A DNA stretch of 26,136 nt from a virus (IMGVR_UViG_3300036802_000136:1-26136), one strand, 5' to 3'; counted from the stretch's first letter, positions 8,303 to 15,950 are shown. Translations and numbers: made by a program. The notes: a model not told the origin generated them from the sequence alone.

Positions 8303-9127
8303 CTATATTCTGGTTTGTGTTATTTCCTCAACTCTATAGTTTGTTATATTTTCATTATCATCACATGTTACGTAAATTCTACTGTTGCGAGTTTGCAAAA
8401 TCACCCTCGTAAGACCTGTTTCAACATTGGTGTTCACGTCAGTAATTATTGAATTGAGTTGATTCTCACCTGTCAACTCAGAAATACTATCGATCAATCT
8501 CGCGCTGTTAAAAGACTTATGCCTCTCCATAGATCCAATCTCATCGGTGAATTTCCTATAAACCTTAAGAAATAATGGTTTTATTATATCCCAGGTAACA
8601 CCCCCGGCAATAGAAGATGCAACAAAAAATAAAATAGCTTCTCGGTAATCTCCAGAACCATTATCATAAGAACGTTTTTTATGTCCGACAATATCACATT
8701 TCATGCCGTTTTCATTTAATTCATTTATTAAATTCGGAGCCAACTCTCTAAAAACTACATCCTGAAGTTCAACTATTAACCCTTCCTTAGTAATTTCTAC
8801 ACCAGCGAAAGAATAATCTTCATTTTGTTTGTTTCGGAAATGACTGTCAATCCATCCTCTAATTAATCCGACCAGACTCCAATCCGCCTCACCATCAGTT
8901 GAAAAAATAAGGAATATTTTAATGGTATGGAGATTACCAGTTGAATCTATATCCATTGACACTCCATCACCTTTTTTCATCATTATTGTTCTATATAAGT
9001 CACTCTCCATTTCATGAGTATATTCTTCTGATTCATAAAGCCCTTTGAAATCTAAATTATCATGAACCTCAAAATTGTGACCAAAATCTATAAATCTGTA
9101 AAAAACTTCAACACTGATAATGTTCAC
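8303..9127 (-). CDS. Low-GC hypothetical accessory protein (274 aa) with one hydrophobic segment
   Basis: Start moved to GTG 9127 (SD GGAGG); AT-rich; hydrophobic stretch AILFFVASSIAGGVTWDII; has its own terminator. Confidence 0.75.
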   Translation of the reverse strand: MNIISVEVFYRFIDFGHNFEVHDNLDFKGLYESEEYTHEMESDLYRTIMMKKGDGVSMDIDSTGNLHTIKIFLIFSTDGEADWSLVGLIRGWIDSHFRNKQNEDYSFAGVEITKEGLIVELQDVVFRELAPNLINELNENGMKCDIVGHKKRSYDNGSGDYREAILFFVASSIAGGVTWDIIKPLFLKVYRKFTDEIGSMERHKSFNSARLIDSISELTGENQLNSIITDVNTNVETGLTRVILQTRNSRIYVTCDDNENITNYRVEEITQTRI

Positions 9128-9193
9128 ATAATCTCTCCTCCGCAAATTTGTTTGCAAAGGAGATTCTACCATGTTTTTCAATAATACGTCTGC

Positions 9194-10234
9194 CTACAAG
9201 CTCTCATTTAACCATTGCAAATGAATTTGTTCAGCGATCCTCTTCATCATCAACGGCGGGACGCTCATGCCGCATACATACTGTACATTAGCATCCATAA
9301 AATCATAATCCGAAGGAAACGTCTGCATACGAACTGCGTCTATATCGCTGATATGCTGCGGTTGATCCGTCCGGAGAAACACAGATGAACTAGCTAAAGT
9401 GTTTGCTACCTTCTGATCTTTAAGCAGAATCGTGTTGAAATTGCTCATTTTTCCTTCTTCTCGTTCAGTCACATCGCCCATATTTAAATCTGGTGGACGT
9501 CGTTTATGCCAGCGAGTATAGGTCTTGCTGTCTGGATTTATTGGAGAGCCGTCCCCGCTGCGAATATCTCCATATAATATAGGCGGCTCGTTGAATTCCA
9601 ATTGGAGCGATGGAAAGTTTTGATCCTCCCGAGAAGCGACAAAGAAAAGGCGTTCCCTTTTTTGAGGAACGCCCATAGTAGCTGAATTTAGTAGAAAGAG
9701 CTGTGGTTTATACCCAAGCTCTCGAAAGCGAGACAAGACCAGACTAACGAACCCACGAGCCTTACCAACCATCATTCCTCGAACGTTCTCAGCGACAATC
9801 ACTCGAGGTCGAAGTTTCTCTGCAACGTCCAAGAAATCGAAGAAAAGATCATCCAGTCGCTGCACTGCCTGTCCCTCGCGGAATGCATGCTCCCCACCCC
9901 ACTTGTCCTCTCGATCTCCTGACATGGAAAATACGCTACAAGGCGGTGAACCATCCAGAATGTCCAGGTCAAATAATTCCGGCGGCAGCTCTGCATCAGG
10001 CAGCTCCTTAAAATCCTGAATAGGCATAAGGAATGGATAACGTGGGTTGTGGTTCTGCCGGTAGATTCGCATCATTTGCGGATCGATTTCTACATTGCCC
10101 AGCACCGTGTATCCTGCCAGCTTATATCCCATCGTGGATCCGCCGCCACAGGAGAAGCAAGAGAATACCGTCCTTTCATGCTTCGGCACGCTGGCAATAT
10201 CTGATAACCTCCAATCCCATGCTGGACGACTCAT
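9194..10234 (-). CDS. DNA (cytosine-5)-methyltransferase
   Basis: Motif I FSCGGG, catalytic DGSPPC, ENV, PQKRER, and C-terminal RMQTFP...GMSVPP. Confidence 0.95.
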   Translation of the reverse strand: MSRPAWDWRLSDIASVPKHERTVFSCFSCGGGSTMGYKLAGYTVLGNVEIDPQMMRIYRQNHNPRYPFLMPIQDFKELPDAELPPELFDLDILDGSPPCSVFSMSGDREDKWGGEHAFREGQAVQRLDDLFFDFLDVAEKLRPRVIVAENVRGMMVGKARGFVSLVLSRFRELGYKPQLFLLNSATMGVPQKRERLFFVASREDQNFPSLQLEFNEPPILYGDIRSGDGSPINPDSKTYTRWHKRRPPDLNMGDVTEREEGKMSNFNTILLKDQKVANTLASSSVFLRTDQPQHISDIDAVRMQTFPSDYDFMDANVQYVCGMSVPPLMMKRIAEQIHLQWLNESL

Positions 10235-10767
10235 GATACATCCTCTTTATCAAAGACGAATCCGCAACGAGGACATTTGCAGTCAAAGCGTGACTCATCG
10301 AATTCACTCACATCTAACTCACGGTTCTGAAAGTCTCCAAGCTGATCGGCAGCCGGCTCAGTGAAGTCAGCAATTAACCTCTCGGCTTCTCCAGCATCAA
10401 AACCAGACAGCGTCAGATCCGCCCCACCTTCCTGCAGTTCAATCAGTAGCTGCGCTAGCGCGCCATCATCCCAGCGGCCAGATATTTTATTCAGTGCCAG
10501 ATTCAGAAGTCGTTCCCGCTCCGGGTCCAAGTTAACTACAGATACGGCCAGTTCCGTACAGCCCTTCTCATTAACCAGGACCTTATAACGCTGATGGCCA
10601 CCGACCATGTTGCCGGTCTGCTCATTCCAAATGATAGGATCAACATAGCCGAATTCATCCAGGCTGCGGCGAAGCTTTTCATACTCTGGATCTCCGGGCT
10701 GAAGGTCTACGCGGGGATTATAGACAGCTGGATTAATCTCATTGACAGGTACAACTCTTATATTCAT
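10231..10767 (-). CDS. ParB/Srx N-terminal domain protein with C-terminal CxxC
   Basis: YNPR, FGYVDPIIWN and VGGHQR motifs; CPRCG tail; ATGA overlap with the MTase. Start moved to ATG 10767 (SD GGAGG). Confidence 0.9.
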   Translation of the reverse strand: MNIRVVPVNEINPAVYNPRVDLQPGDPEYEKLRRSLDEFGYVDPIIWNEQTGNMVGGHQRYKVLVNEKGCTELAVSVVNLDPERERLLNLALNKISGRWDDGALAQLLIELQEGGADLTLSGFDAGEAERLIADFTEPAADQLGDFQNRELDVSEFDESRFDCKCPRCGFVFDKEDVS

Positions 10768-10782
10768 AAAACCTACCTCCAT

Positions 10783-10815
10783 AAAAAAAAGAGATGGCTA
10801 TCAAGCTCATCTCTT
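10783..10815 (-). terminator. Intrinsic terminator of the PLAT gene
   Basis: AAGAGATG / CATCTCTT stem with A8 on its left. Confidence 0.7.
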
Positions 10816-10840
10816 AATCACAATTTATTATCCAGCTTTT

Positions 10841-11338
10841 TTATGACGGAACTGGAGCCCCGTTATTTTCGACTTTCTTTTTTGTAATTCCCCCATTAGT
10901 CAAATCTGTCGGTGCCCACTGTTTAATAATTGCCCCTTTTTGATCGATTTCAATGTAATTCACCATTTTAATAGATGGATCTCTTTCTTGAACCCCTATC
11001 CATTTATAAACAGGGAAATTCCATTTCTTTTCTTCTGGTGACCCTTTTTTGAAATACACATTAACATAATCTAAATTCCATGCAGGCGAATCATTGTCAC
11101 TCTTATTGACTTCGACATATATAACAATACTATTAATATCTCCTAAAAATTCTTCTGTTCTCAAGAGAAAAAAGTCGGGGTTATTTTCTTTAGCTTCAAG
11201 ATCATCCATTCCATCTTTATCGAGAAACCAATCACCATCAGTTTTACGAGCACCAACTAACCGGAGAAATACATTCTCATTTGTTCCTGAACCGTAATCA
11301 CTTTCGGTTTTAACTTCCACTACATAATCAAAAGCCAC
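10841..11338 (-). CDS. Stand-alone PLAT/LH2 domain protein
   Basis: YVVEVKT...GSGTNENVFLRLVG...LGDINSIVI...PAWNLDYVNV...FPVYKWI follows the PLAT consensus. GTG start with SD AAGGAG. Confidence 0.85.
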   Translation of the reverse strand: MAFDYVVEVKTESDYGSGTNENVFLRLVGARKTDGDWFLDKDGMDDLEAKENNPDFFLLRTEEFLGDINSIVIYVEVNKSDNDSPAWNLDYVNVYFKKGSPEEKKWNFPVYKWIGVQERDPSIKMVNYIEIDQKGAIIKQWAPTDLTNGGITKKKVENNGAPVPS

Positions 11339-11501
11339 TTTCGCTCAACTCCTTCTTCAGTATTTTCCATATTGTTTTATAAAGGGGGCCATTATATTCA
11401 TCATTTTTGAGTTGAGTTGGTTTTTCATCTTTAGGTAGATAGAACCTCAGCGAGAGACGAAGAGAACCAGCCCGCTCTAATCTTTTTCGCGCATCACCAC
11501 A

Positions 11502-11515
11502 CAAACACACGTTCC
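11502..11515. promoter_or_regulatory. LexA (SOS/Cheo) box
   Basis: Minus strand GGAACGTGTGTTTG versus the Bacillus consensus CGAACRNRYGTTYG; intergenic. Confidence 0.55.
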
Positions 11516-11562
11516 TGTATATAAAGCCTGAGAACAGCTCACAGAGGGTCGTTTAAAGGCAT

Positions 11563-11587
11563 AAAAAAGCACCCTAGGGTGCTTTTT
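11563..11587. terminator. Bidirectional intrinsic terminator
   Basis: Perfect palindrome AAAAAGCACCCTAGGGTGCTTTTT at the stop codon of the 241-aa gene. Confidence 0.8.
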
Positions 11588-12311
11588 ACACGGCACTAAC
11601 ATTATCTCCTAGTCTCAATTCATCTTCAGTACCTACGATTGTACCGTTTGATCTTAAATAATTTATAGTAGACATTATTTCATTTTTAGTAAAAATTCTT
11701 AATCTTTCAGATACTAAAATGTCATTTATATTCATTCCTCCACTTTTTATAAGCATTAATCCGATTTGTGTCATTATTCTACTGTTGCACCCATGTAAGC
11801 TCGAATTCGAAAGTGGCTTACGATTATTTTTCAGTTTTTCATTTTCATCAATAAATAATTTATTCAATTTATCAATAGTAACAACATTTTCTCCATGTTT
11901 CTCTTCAGCCATCATTTTCAATTGATTGAGAACACTATCTCGCCAATCTTGCGTTTCAGCTATACTTACAATTAACTCTTCTTTAAGAGCTACAACTTTC
12001 TGAAGTTCTGAAGAAAACTCATGTATGAGTACCTTCTCATCTTCAACTGATTTTGAAAGATGCTCAGCAGCTTTTCGCATTTGAAATACATTTTCTTTTT
12101 GCCCCGCACTATCCACTATAGTCATTATAATGGCTACTACTGCCAGTACAATTGAGACTGCTGTCGCCCCAAAGTTTAAGTTTTCACCAGCTTTAGAGGA
12201 ATCGCCTAAAAAGTATGAGATAACAGCTATCAGTATAATTACTAAAATTACACACAAATAAATAAAATCTCTTCTAGGTATAAATTTCTGATCTTTCTGA
12301 TTAGAGTTCAC
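11586..12311 (-). CDS. Low-GC membrane protein: two N-terminal TM helices, coiled coil, possible C-terminal winged helix
   Basis: Hydrophobic FIYLCVILVIILIAVISYFL and ATAVSIVLAVVAIIMTIV segments; GTG start with SD GGAGG. Confidence 0.8.
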   Translation of the reverse strand: MNSNQKDQKFIPRRDFIYLCVILVIILIAVISYFLGDSSKAGENLNFGATAVSIVLAVVAIIMTIVDSAGQKENVFQMRKAAEHLSKSVEDEKVLIHEFSSELQKVVALKEELIVSIAETQDWRDSVLNQLKMMAEEKHGENVVTIDKLNKLFIDENEKLKNNRKPLSNSSLHGCNSRIMTQIGLMLIKSGGMNINDILVSERLRIFTKNEIMSTINYLRSNGTIVGTEDELRLGDNVSAV

Positions 12312-12339
12312 TTCAAATCCCCTCCCTTCGACATCATAT

Positions 12340-12366
12340 TTCGACGTCTAGGAAGATTTTCCCTTC
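12340..12366 (-). promoter_or_regulatory. SigmaH-like promoter for the 241-aa gene
   Basis: Minus strand GAAGG-N16-GTCGAA. Confidence 0.6.
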
Positions 12367-12488
12367 TGGCAATTTACTCTACAACAAAACTGTGCTGTCC
12401 CTTCCCAGCGCCCCCATATGCACCCCTTACACTTAGTTGGCTGCCGAGGCGGATCTTTTAAACGCCGCTGTTGTTGCTTCTTCTTCAA
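12348..12488 (-). CDS. 46-aa basic Cys-rich peptide (below the ORF-track cut-off)
   Basis: TTG at 12488 after GGGGG; MKKKQQQRRLKDPPRQPTKCKGCIWGRWEGTAQFCCRVNCQKGKSS. Confidence 0.6.
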   Translation of the reverse strand: MKKKQQQRRLKDPPRQPTKCKGCIWGRWEGTAQFCCRVNCQKGKSS

Positions 12489-12505
12489 AATAATTCCCCC
12501 AATAT

Positions 12506-12534
12506 AAAAAAGCCGCCCAATTAATGAGCGACTT
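12506..12534 (-). terminator. Intrinsic terminator ending the late-leader RNA
   Basis: Minus strand AAGTCGCTCA / TGGGCGGCTT followed by TTTT; the G-U pairs work only on the minus strand. Confidence 0.8.
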
Positions 12535-12952
12535 CGGAATATGTATTCAATTCAATTGTGCAATAAATCCGATCTATAGAACGGCGTCCGCTCCGCATCC
12601 GCAGCAAATGCGCTACGCTCTTTGCTTAAAATCTTTACGGACTTAGTAACAAAGGAGGACAAGACCATTTTACAAAGCTGCTGAAATCGAAGTCAAAAGC
12701 GCCAACAGCGATTGCTGACAATCAACACTAAAAATCCCCCACCACACTCCGCTATGCTCACTCTTTTATATTCGAGCAGTAAAACAACTGAAGGAGCATA
12801 GCCAGAAACTCTTATCAGGAGTTCCCCTTTGCTCGACGCCTCCCGGTTAGCCCCTCAGTTGCTATACTCCAGAAATGGGGAGCGAGAGGAGGTACGCTCC
12901 GGTTAACGCTACATTGCTGCAGCCGTGCGTGTCACTCTCGCTTGATTTCCAC
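12506..12952 (-). ncRNA. Candidate ~450-nt structured non-coding RNA (late leader)
   Basis: No credible ORF; many helices with minus-strand-specific G-U pairs and a GCAA tetraloop hairpin; bounded by the probable late promoter and a terminator. The 5' end is approximate. Confidence 0.6.
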
Positions 12953-12959
12953 AGTACAA

Positions 12960-13023
12960 ATATATCATGCTCAAAGCCTAACGAACGGTCATTGTTCGGT
13001 CAAATAACGGTCAAATAACGGTC
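12960..13023 (-). promoter_or_regulatory. Probable ArpU-activated late promoter with four phased direct repeats
   Basis: CGGTC at 12986, 12997, 13008 and 13019 (11-bp period), upstream of a TGATAT -10-like element on the minus strand. Confidence 0.65.
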
Positions 13024-13038
13024 GGAAATGGGCGCGCT

Positions 13039-14673
13039 TTAAAATCTCTCGAATTTATTATTGTCTTTATCCCACTCGTCTTGAAACAATATAACGCCCA
13101 TCTTATCAAAATATTCTTGTAGATGTTTTTTTATATAATCTAATCTTTTTCTGGAATAAGAATTGTACAACAGAAAATTTTTCATAGGCCAGAAATCCAA
13201 AAGTCTCTTTTTATTATCCATAACCTTGAAAAGAGAAGGAGAATTAGTTTTACCAATTACACTCATAAAGAATTCATACTCCTCAATGTCCATGTGAATA
13301 ATGCATCGGATAGGTAATTCTGATATCCCATGAAAATCATCTTGAATTTTCTTTTCAAAATTGGGGATAGTTGGTACAATCCCAAGTGTTACGACAACTA
13401 AATATATTTCCTCAATTCCATCCATTATTTTATGTTTTCTGTCTTGTAATTCTTTAATTCTATTGTGTAGCTGTTTAAATGGCTTATTAATCATTTTTTC
13501 AATATCAGCTTCGATGGACTCTTTATCATTACTTACTATGGAATTCATGCTAAGCCTATAATTTTTTGCTTCAACTGCTAATAGCTTTGTTCCTAACTTT
13601 ATCATGGAGTCAGGAGATTTGTTATGACCATAGGAAAATTCTCCAATATATTGATATGGCAACTTGCTAGCATTTATAGCATTTTCAGAAATATCATCAA
13701 TATACTTTTCAAAACAGCGTCCAATAAAACTTATGACTTGAGTATCTTCTTTTTTGTAACAGTGTCTAATTTTATAAAATAGCTCAGCAAAAGCTTGTTC
13801 TTCTAGTAATTTTAGGCTAATGGGAAGATAAAAACCATTGGGCAACTTAATTAAGGGTTTTTGTTTGAATTTTGAGAAGTTCCACGGCTCATTAATATGC
13901 ATCTGAGCCCAATTTTTCGCTTCTTCAACTGTCATTGATAATTCATTTAGAACCATTTTAACATTGTCATAATTTTTAAACTTTGAAAAATAATCTTCAC
14001 CTCGTGCGAAATTTGGATCAATAGTATTTTCCCCTTTTTGAAAGGAAGCATAGATACCTTCAACAATAGCTAAGTACTCTAGAATTGAAAATCCATACTT
14101 TTTTTCAAATTCACCGTTAATATCCATATATTCATTTTTCTCAAAGAATTCAGGATTTTTAGCTATATAATCATATATTAAGGCAGCTCGCGTGAGGGAT
14201 GATCCAATATCATGATTACTGTTAAACGCCATATTGGTAAACAAGTCGTAGTAAATCTTTTCAAAATCTTCAGTATAATCAATATACTGATAGTCAGAGA
14301 CTATTAAGTTTAGATATATTACTAAAAATGTTCCTCTATCAATCTCTACCTCTTGAGTTATCTTATTTGCATCTCCATACGCTAAAATCCATTTCCACAC
14401 CGACAATAACCCTTGAGGTGCATATAAAACTTGATCCTCAAGTTTTTTTGATAACTTCTTAAAATCCACACTTGAACTATCGGATAAGAAACGAATAAAT
14501 TGATTCTTTATTCTATTATCATTTCTATCTATAAAATTCATCTGGGAAAGGACAGTCAACATGCCACCCATTGGTAAATCAACTATCCATCCCTTTAGCT
14601 CTTCGATATCGTACAATCGACCAAAAAGATCGCTGTAAGTACTATATACTTGAATATTTTTAATCTTTTTCAC
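13039..14673 (-). CDS. Low-GC 544-aa protein with C-terminal PD-(D/E)XK nuclease-like motif; putative defence gene
   Basis: GRCFEKYI...SPDSMIKLGTKLLAVEAK; strongly AT-rich; lies between arpU and the late promoter. Confidence 0.75.
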   Translation of the reverse strand: MKKIKNIQVYSTYSDLFGRLYDIEELKGWIVDLPMGGMLTVLSQMNFIDRNDNRIKNQFIRFLSDSSSVDFKKLSKKLEDQVLYAPQGLLSVWKWILAYGDANKITQEVEIDRGTFLVIYLNLIVSDYQYIDYTEDFEKIYYDLFTNMAFNSNHDIGSSLTRAALIYDYIAKNPEFFEKNEYMDINGEFEKKYGFSILEYLAIVEGIYASFQKGENTIDPNFARGEDYFSKFKNYDNVKMVLNELSMTVEEAKNWAQMHINEPWNFSKFKQKPLIKLPNGFYLPISLKLLEEQAFAELFYKIRHCYKKEDTQVISFIGRCFEKYIDDISENAINASKLPYQYIGEFSYGHNKSPDSMIKLGTKLLAVEAKNYRLSMNSIVSNDKESIEADIEKMINKPFKQLHNRIKELQDRKHKIMDGIEEIYLVVVTLGIVPTIPNFEKKIQDDFHGISELPIRCIIHMDIEEYEFFMSVIGKTNSPSLFKVMDNKKRLLDFWPMKNFLLYNSYSRKRLDYIKKHLQEYFDKMGVILFQDEWDKDNNKFERF

Positions 14674-14709
14674 AAAAACCTGCCCCCACTTTATATTTAA
14701 CTATAGGTA

Positions 14710-14736
14710 TTCGACAGTATTCTAAGATGCACCTTT
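14710..14736 (-). promoter_or_regulatory. SigmaH-like promoter for the 544-aa gene
   Basis: Minus strand AAAGG-N16-GTCGAAT. Confidence 0.6.
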
Positions 14737-14760
14737 CTAGTAACCGTCAAGTTGCTATCG

Positions 14761-15219
14761 TTATCCTATTAGAACTTCTATTCCCAAAGCGCATGCTATT
14801 ATATAAATCGCTCTCGACTTTACCCTTCGATACTTCCGCTCACTCATGCCTAGTTCACCACACAAGATAGAATCATATTCATCCTCATGCTCCAGATAAC
14901 GTAACTGTATGATCTCCCGCTCAGCCTTCTTAAGCCGCCCCATTGCCAGATCCAAAAGCTTCGATTGTCGCTCCAGCTCTGCTTCCCTATCCGTATTCCA
15001 TATAGCTATATTCTCCGTCGTCTGGCTGATCGTATTTGTTGATCCATGATAACGGGGCTCCGGACTGGCCGTAAGCGCGGCTTGGCGTCGAACAAAGCCG
15101 ATCTGTCGATATACACGGACCATTTCCAGATATTCCTCCACCCGGCGACGGGTCTCTTTTTCGTCGATCGGGAGGATGTCAAAAGCCAATTGGATTGCTA
15201 GTTTGTCACTTTTCCCCAT
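14761..15219 (-). CDS. arpU: ArpU-family phage late transcriptional activator
   Basis: IDEKETRRRVEEYL, EREIIQLRYL and LGMSERKYRRVKSRAI (sigma-4-like HTH); last gene of the middle region. Confidence 0.88.
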   Translation of the reverse strand: MGKSDKLAIQLAFDILPIDEKETRRRVEEYLEMVRVYRQIGFVRRQAALTASPEPRYHGSTNTISQTTENIAIWNTDREAELERQSKLLDLAMGRLKKAEREIIQLRYLEHEDEYDSILCGELGMSERKYRRVKSRAIYIIACALGIEVLIG

Positions 15220-15236
15220 GATAATCCCCTCACTCG

Positions 15237-15300
15237 TGGTATAATTCGAATGAAGGTATTAGATTGAACCCCCGCCCCGACCAAGGATATGGGGGTCTTT
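15237..15300 (+). promoter_or_regulatory. Antisense extended -10 promoter plus hairpin upstream of arpU
   Basis: TGgTATAAT at 15237-15245, then ACCCCC...GGGGGT stem followed by CTTT. Confidence 0.5.
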
Positions 15301-15356
15301 GCAGATTCTTGATTTCCATCAGTAGCAAAGTTTTTGTCGCAGTTCAATTCAGTCTA

Positions 15357-15947
15357 TTAACGTTTGCTCCGCTTTCTCTCCCCCATTTTCTGAATAATAT
15401 CAGCCAAAATCACACCGCTCCGCGTGAGCTCAGCATCCTTTTGAATAAGCCCTTTTTTATTCATAGTTGCGAGTTGCCCTCGGGTAACCAGGATCAAGTT
15501 ATCTGGATCAAAGTTACGCCTACTCCCATCACCGAAGATGACAGCATGTCCCTTCGGAACAGGGCGGTTTTGACGCTGCTCCCATACGATCAGATGCTTC
15601 CCACGCCATTTATTCGGGTCAGCGACCTTGATATCAACATAATCATCCCCATTGACCCTCTCGGAGCCTACTGGAACATAATTGTGCGGCTTATGCCCCT
15701 TCTTGAATTGAGTCTCTTCGCCGCCGGTCCATAACTTCTTCTTCCCTTTATTGAGTGGAATGTTTCCCCGTTTTATCCTGGCATCGATGCCACTCTTCAA
15801 GCTATTGTTTTTAATAAAGGCTCGCATTTGCGAAGGTTGGATCTCCACATCAAACCTCGTATTGAACAATGACGTCAGTTCCATGACATAGCGTCCCTTT
15901 ATATTGATACGAATAAATTCCTTCTGCTCAGAAGTGAAGCGAAACAT
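15357..15947 (-). CDS. Phage HNH endonuclease (homing-type)
   Basis: TQFKKGHKPHN...PVGSER repeats; KHLIVWE...VPKGHAVIFGDG...N..PDNL. Confidence 0.88.
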   Translation of the reverse strand: MFRFTSEQKEFIRINIKGRYVMELTSLFNTRFDVEIQPSQMRAFIKNNSLKSGIDARIKRGNIPLNKGKKKLWTGGEETQFKKGHKPHNYVPVGSERVNGDDYVDIKVADPNKWRGKHLIVWEQRQNRPVPKGHAVIFGDGSRRNFDPDNLILVTRGQLATMNKKGLIQKDAELTRSGVILADIIQKMGERKRSKR

Positions 15948-15950
15948 TAA

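Noticed and set aside
8113-8412. 99-aa + strand ORF across the candidate sRNA
   Set aside because: It runs through a strong terminator, overlaps two minus-strand genes and has no SD.
6486-10234. MTase plus HNH as a classical type II restriction-modification pair
   Set aside because: They are separated by other genes and a terminator; the MTase is coupled to the ParB-like gene and the HNH to the MazG-like gene.
11328-11510. 60-aa minus-strand ORF upstream of the PLAT gene
   Set aside because: Weak start inside the LexA-like box and no recognisable features.
12506-12952. tRNA, group I/II intron or known riboswitch in the long intergenic region
   Set aside because: I saw no cloverleaf/T-loop, intron core or familiar aptamer consensus by eye; an Rfam search is still needed.
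12982-12998. CGAAC-N7-GTTCG as a LexA box
   Set aside because: The spacer is 7 nt rather than 4; it is better explained as part of the phased late-promoter repeats.
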